Of a stretch of 64,000 nt of DNA, positions 59,684 to 64,000 are shown piece after piece. A program made the position numbers and the translations under genes. The notes beneath the pieces were generated by a model. That model saw nothing but the letters and a program-made list of their open reading frames with translations. It was not told the DNA's origin and did no database searches. The stretch spans positions 497,571 through 561,570 of the forward strand of contig JBGAHS010000002.1 of the NCBI GenBank assembly GCA_044226015.1, in the 5' to 3' direction. The DNA comes from Candidatus Obscuribacteraceae bacterium (GTDB lineage Bacteria; Cyanobacteriota; Vampirovibrionia; Obscuribacterales; Obscuribacteraceae). Each line of letters starts with the position of its first letter. The stretch's first letter is position 1.

Positions 59684-60385
59684 ATGCAATCATCAACTCA
59701 AACATCTACAGATCTAAAACAGCTACCGTCAGACTGGACAAGTCTTCTTGCAGACGAATTCAGCAAAGCATATTTCACAACACTATCCGATTTCATCAGC
59801 GAAGAACGAAAACAGCACACAATTTTTCCGCCAGAAGATGAAGTCTACACAGCTCTCAAGCTAACGCCCTTCGGCAAAGTCAGAGTATTACTTCTAGGGC
59901 AAGACCCATACCCGACACCAGGGCATGCGCATGGGCTGTGCTTCTCAGTGAGACCTGGCGTCAAACATCCCGCCTCTTTGCGAAACATTTTCAAAGAAAT
60001 GCTGGAAGACGTAGGCTGCTCAATTCCAAATCACGGAAATCTGGAAGCATGGGCAGAGCAGGGAATACTCATGCTGAATGCAGTTCTGACAGTGAGAAAT
60101 GGCGAAGCCAATTCTCACGCAGGCAAAGGCTGGGAAGAGTTTACAGATGCAATTATTAGAGTATTAAACGAGAGAAAAGAGCCCATGGTTTTTGTTCTCT
60201 GGGGAAACTATGCACAGAAGAAAGCGAAGCATATTGACGAGTGTAAGCACACAGTAATCAAATCGGCGCACCCTTCACCATTATCCGTCAAAAAATTTGT
60301 CGGTTCCAAACCGTTTTCGAAGATAAACGAAGCCCTGGTTAAACACGGTTCAAATCCCATAGACTGGCAATTGAAAGACCTGTAG
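59684..60385 (+). CDS. ung: Uracil-DNA glycosylase, family 1
   Basis: GQDPY, AHGLCFS, LN, WGNYA, HPSPLS. Confidence 0.97.
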   Translation: MQSSTQTSTDLKQLPSDWTSLLADEFSKAYFTTLSDFISEERKQHTIFPPEDEVYTALKLTPFGKVRVLLLGQDPYPTPGHAHGLCFSVRPGVKHPASLRNIFKEMLEDVGCSIPNHGNLEAWAEQGILMLNAVLTVRNGEANSHAGKGWEEFTDAIIRVLNERKEPMVFVLWGNYAQKKAKHIDECKHTVIKSAHPSPLSVKKFVGSKPFSKINEALVKHGSNPIDWQLKDL

Positions 60386-60555
60386 GCATTAAAGTTCGGA
60401 TGCTACCCGACAAGCGGCTCCATCAATACATCGAATGCACAATTACACAGTTTCCTCATTCCCATCGTTCGGACTGTTACAGAGGACGTTCACAAGCTTT
60501 TCACCTGAGCTTATATATACTTCAATGCTTAAGAACCATAAGCCAGAGAAGTACT

Positions 60556-61824
60556 ATGCCAAACCTAATTGGTGTAACGCATCCAAAATTTGAATCCACC
60601 ACAGAAAGCAGCACATTGAGCAAGGCTATTGCCATTTGCGCGCTTGGATATTTCATAGATGTTTATGACATCCAACTGTTTGCTGTTTTGCGCGTTGCCA
60701 GCCTAAAATCAATCGGCATTGCGCCAGAACAAATGGCGTCAACTGGTGCCAGTATCCTAAATGCACAAATGTTCGGCATGATTTTCGGCGCGTTCATCTG
60801 GGGAATTCTCGGCGATAGACTGGGACGCGTGCGTGCCCTATACGGCTCAATTGTCCTCTACTCGCTGGGCACTCTGGCTTGCAGCTTGGTTCAAGATGCG
60901 AACACCTACGCAGTTCTTCGTTTTATAACAGCTATTGGACTCGCTGGCGAGGTTGGTGCTGCGGTCGTTCTGATTTCCGAATTAATGCCCAAAGAAAAGC
61001 GTGGATGGGGCATCACCATAATTGGTGGCATCGGATTTCTTGGTCCAGTAGTTGCAGTGCTAACTTCATACTTCTTGGAATGGCGCCAATCCTATCTGCT
61101 TGCCGGAGCCGTTGGAATGGCACTACTCTTGCTTCGCACAAAATTGTTAGACGCGGGAATGTTCCATAATGCCAAAAGCAAAGAAAATCTATCGCAGTTC
61201 TTTAAGTTGTTTGCCAGAAAAGCTTTCATCGCACCATTTCTAACATGTCTAATAATGTCATTGCCTCTGGTTTTTGCATGGAACGTTTTGAACTTCTTTT
61301 CAGTTGAAATAGGTCGAGAAGTATTAAAACCAGGGGTAGAATTCGATCAGAAGTTTTGTCTTCTACTGTTTTTTGTAGGCACAAGCATAGGAGATGTTGC
61401 AGGCGGTTTGATCACTCAGCAGATGAAAAGCCGACGGAAGGCAATGCTATATACTATCTTCCTGGGCGGAGCCGCTGCATCGTTTTTGCTGCTAGTGGCT
61501 CCTGTTATTAAGCTCTCCGCATCGCAGTTCTATGCCAACTATTTTCTACTGGGACTATCCTCTGGCTGCTGGGCACTTGCCACTATGATAACTGCAGAAC
61601 ACTTCGGTATTAACATACGTGCCACGGCCTCGCTTCTGATGCTGAATCTGTTACGTGGAGCAACAATTCCTCTTGTTTTGTTATTCCACGGACTGCAATC
61701 CGCTCTGGGGATACCTAACGCGGCAGCCACCATCGGCGCCATACTGTATCTAGCGTCTTTTCTGTCTCTGCTCAAAATGCCCGAAACACACGCGCGAAAC
61801 CTTGATTTCATCGAGACTACTTGA
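60556..61824 (+). CDS. MFS transporter
   Basis: DVYD, GILGDRLGR motif A, GLAGE, RATA, PET. Start trimmed to MPNL. Confidence 0.93.
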   Translation: MPNLIGVTHPKFESTTESSTLSKAIAICALGYFIDVYDIQLFAVLRVASLKSIGIAPEQMASTGASILNAQMFGMIFGAFIWGILGDRLGRVRALYGSIVLYSLGTLACSLVQDANTYAVLRFITAIGLAGEVGAAVVLISELMPKEKRGWGITIIGGIGFLGPVVAVLTSYFLEWRQSYLLAGAVGMALLLLRTKLLDAGMFHNAKSKENLSQFFKLFARKAFIAPFLTCLIMSLPLVFAWNVLNFFSVEIGREVLKPGVEFDQKFCLLLFFVGTSIGDVAGGLITQQMKSRRKAMLYTIFLGGAAASFLLLVAPVIKLSASQFYANYFLLGLSSGCWALATMITAEHFGINIRATASLLMLNLLRGATIPLVLLFHGLQSALGIPNAAATIGAILYLASFLSLLKMPETHARNLDFIETT

Positions 61825-62836
61825 GCGATTTCATTTGCGCTTCGACTTGCTTTGCTTCATCTTCGCGTCCGAGAAATTTTAATAGCGCAGCATAGTTCTT
61901 TAGTGTTGTGAAGGAACTCGCGGTAGATACGCCACCCTTCGACAGTATTGAAACGGCTTCCTTTGTTAAAGACTCCGCTTGTTTCAAATTCTCTTTCTGC
62001 ACGCAGTCAGAGGCGTAATCATTCAGCACGACTACCAGATGCTCCTTCACTGAATCGAGCTCTGGCTCTATCGCGTATGCCTGTCGACAGTTCGCCAGAG
62101 CCTGCTCAAATTGCTTCTGCTTGAGCATTTCACTAGACTCATTGCACAATGAAATTGCCTTATTTGCTTTCATAATCTCTTTGTTCTTCCGAACAAGTTC
62201 TGGGTCCTCCACCATCACGCTGGCGGCTTCCTTCGACGGTGAATTCAACTCCGATAAATGCTCGCGAACGATGTCTGCATTCTCGCCGCTCGCTTGTATG
62301 GAAAGTGCTTTTTGATATGCCTCTTTTGCTTGCGGAAGCTGCTTCAAATTCGCAGCGGCTTCTCCCAGCAAAGCCCAACCCGAAAATAGCTGTGGTGCAG
62401 CTTCGGTACATAGTTTTGCCTGCTCGAGTGCTTCAGCGTTCTTATCTTGCTGAAGCAAAACGAATCCATACTTGTAATGCGCTGACGGACTCTTCGGATA
62501 AGTGCTCAAAAAATTCTTGAGCAACTCTGCTGCTTGATCGAATTGATTATGATCTATACACTCTTGCGCTTTTACAAAGATCTTTCCAGACTCAAGGCTT
62601 ACAACTTCGTCTCCAATTCGCATCATCTCTTTCTGTGGAACCTGCTTCGCAAACGCAGGAAGCGCTCCTAATAGAGTGCAACAGAGGAAGGCTACTAATT
62701 GTTTCGGGTACTGTTTTTTCAAAGTATCAACCAGATAAGCAAACGGTATCAGACTAGCAAAATTTCGCGAATTAAACTTGAAATATTGGACACCAGCATG
62801 AATGTTCAAGCAATAGAAGGGAATTAGAGTGTGCAT
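61817..62836 (-). CDS. Exported TPR protein
   Basis: Signal-like segment ending AFA, TPRs such as AHYKYGFVLLQQ and WALLGEAAANL. Start uncertain. Confidence 0.85.
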   Translation of the reverse strand: MHTLIPFYCLNIHAGVQYFKFNSRNFASLIPFAYLVDTLKKQYPKQLVAFLCCTLLGALPAFAKQVPQKEMMRIGDEVVSLESGKIFVKAQECIDHNQFDQAAELLKNFLSTYPKSPSAHYKYGFVLLQQDKNAEALEQAKLCTEAAPQLFSGWALLGEAAANLKQLPQAKEAYQKALSIQASGENADIVREHLSELNSPSKEAASVMVEDPELVRKNKEIMKANKAISLCNESSEMLKQKQFEQALANCRQAYAIEPELDSVKEHLVVVLNDYASDCVQKENLKQAESLTKEAVSILSKGGVSTASSFTTLKNYAALLKFLGREDEAKQVEAQMKSLK

Positions 62837-62937
62837 GCAAAATCCAATAAAGGCATCAATAAAACCCTGAGATGCGGTGTCAAGCCCCTAAATGCAGTCA
62901 TAAACTCGCGCGTGTTAAACTAATGGACTCGGCATAA

Positions 62938-63636
62938 GTGTTCAGCCTGAGGGCAGATCATTTAGTTATACTTCGAGCAACAGGGAATCTCATGAACACA
63001 ACAAAAAAACAAAAACATATGAGCGGAATCTGCTTGCTAATTAGCTTAGCGTTTTACAGCAGTTTTGCAGCGTGCCAAGCTGAAGATGCCGCCATCGCAA
63101 ATATCAAAAAAGACCAGGAAACCATAAAGCAACTTGAAACGCAGATGCTTCAACTAATGGCTCAGGGCAAAACGAAAGAAGCAGCAGAAGTGAAAGCTAA
63201 AGTTTCGGTTTTGGTTGAGAAAAATAACCGGGAAATTAAAGAAAGCTTTGATGCCATTAAATCAAAACTCGATGAACTCAACAAACAAAGCGCCGACGAC
63301 TCAAAGAAAATGCTACCCGTTTACCAGCAAAACCTTGCTTCAGCAGAAACAACGTACGGCAAAAACAGTGCTGAGGTTGCAGACAAGCTTCTTGACTTAG
63401 GCGGCGCTCAATTTGATATTGGGGATTATGCCAGCGGTCAAAAAACTATGGAAAGAGCACGGAAAATTTACGATGCCCTGCCACAAACGGCAAGTAATAA
63501 AGGCAAAAAGGCTGAACTTATCGAAAACTACAAACTCTTTTTGAAGTCTGCATATTTGAGAGTAAAAAGAGATCCCGCTCGCAGCGCAGACAGAGATCAG
63601 CTGCAGAAAAAGATAAATGAGCTTGAACAGAAATAG
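62938..63636 (+). CDS. Exported coiled-coil/TPR-like protein
   Basis: Signal-like segment ending CQA, helical acidic/basic body, TPR-like VADKLLDLGGAQFDIGDY. Start probably near 62992. Confidence 0.75.
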   Translation: MFSLRADHLVILRATGNLMNTTKKQKHMSGICLLISLAFYSSFAACQAEDAAIANIKKDQETIKQLETQMLQLMAQGKTKEAAEVKAKVSVLVEKNNREIKESFDAIKSKLDELNKQSADDSKKMLPVYQQNLASAETTYGKNSAEVADKLLDLGGAQFDIGDYASGQKTMERARKIYDALPQTASNKGKKAELIENYKLFLKSAYLRVKRDPARSADRDQLQKKINELEQK

Positions 63637-63661
63637 ATAACTGAATGAAGGAAATCTACCG

Positions 63662-64000
63662 ATGAACTTGAAGTATCACCCGAATTCAGGCATACGGTCT
63701 TTGTTTATAGGACTATCTATAGCCGGGCTGTTGATTCCATCAACAGTACAGGAAAATTGCCATGCAGAAGGAAAGAAAGACACTAACAAGAACTCAGTCT
63801 CAAGTGCAAATCTTGCGAGTAAGTCTTGTGGAGCAGCTCAGAATAGTGGCATCGTAAAAAACGAAAAAACACTTCTCAAAATCGAGAAGAGAGCCAAAGC
63901 AGAGCGCTGGGAGAACCTACCAATCGGAGAAGTAATCGGCAAAGTCGCTAAGGAGTTGGAAGGCACACCTTATGTAGCAAATACGCTGGATGAATCAGCT
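63662..64000 (+). CDS. DUF1460 / NlpC-P60 amidase-like protein, truncated by the window end
   Basis: Open frame absent from the ORF track: MNLKYHPNSGIRSLFIGLSIAGLLIP.. signal peptide, then ..WENLPIGEVIGKVAKELEGTPYVANTLD. Confidence 0.75.
   Translation, partial: MNLKYHPNSGIRSLFIGLSIAGLLIPSTVQENCHAEGKKDTNKNSVSSANLASKSCGAAQNSGIVKNEKTLLKIEKRAKAERWENLPIGEVIGKVAKELEGTPYVANTLDESA

Overview
Ordinary chromosomal bacterial DNA with about 50 supportable CDS. I found no rRNA, tRNA, transposase, integrase or CRISPR-cas. The gene style (giant Gly-rich exoprotein, hydrolases with long unstructured leaders, many TPR proteins) suggests a non-photosynthetic cyanobacterial relative such as Melainabacteria/Obscuribacterales, but this is inference only. 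1-15.7 kb: a 65-bp double-hairpin tandem repeat array with a second locus at 5.25-5.39 kb, an O-methyltransferase, SRP RNA (ffs), a degenerate signalling neighbourhood (stand-alone MshEN protein, His-less pseudo-histidine kinase, TPR protein, Lys-less receiver), several hydrolases and simple-sequence intergenic tracts. 15.7-53.5 kb: a large surface-glycan region with CDP- and dTDP-deoxysugar pathways, a sugar C-methyltransferase, four GT2s, three GT-C-type membrane proteins, a GtrB-like GT2 + DprE1-like + DprE2-like operon and an MBOAT/SGNH pair, with a 2629-aa PGRS-like secreted protein embedded in it. 53.5-64 kb: a PadR/Cdd1/VOC module with a perfect 23-bp palindrome, then transglutaminase, SDR, HDAC-family, ung, MFS, TPR proteins and a truncated DUF1460-like gene. 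Most notable are the repeat family whose 14-nt hairpin loop is inverted between its two loci, the lipid-carrier epimerisation/GT-C glycosylation system around the PGRS-like protein, and the pseudo-signalling cluster. All family calls come from motif recognition by eye, not database searches.
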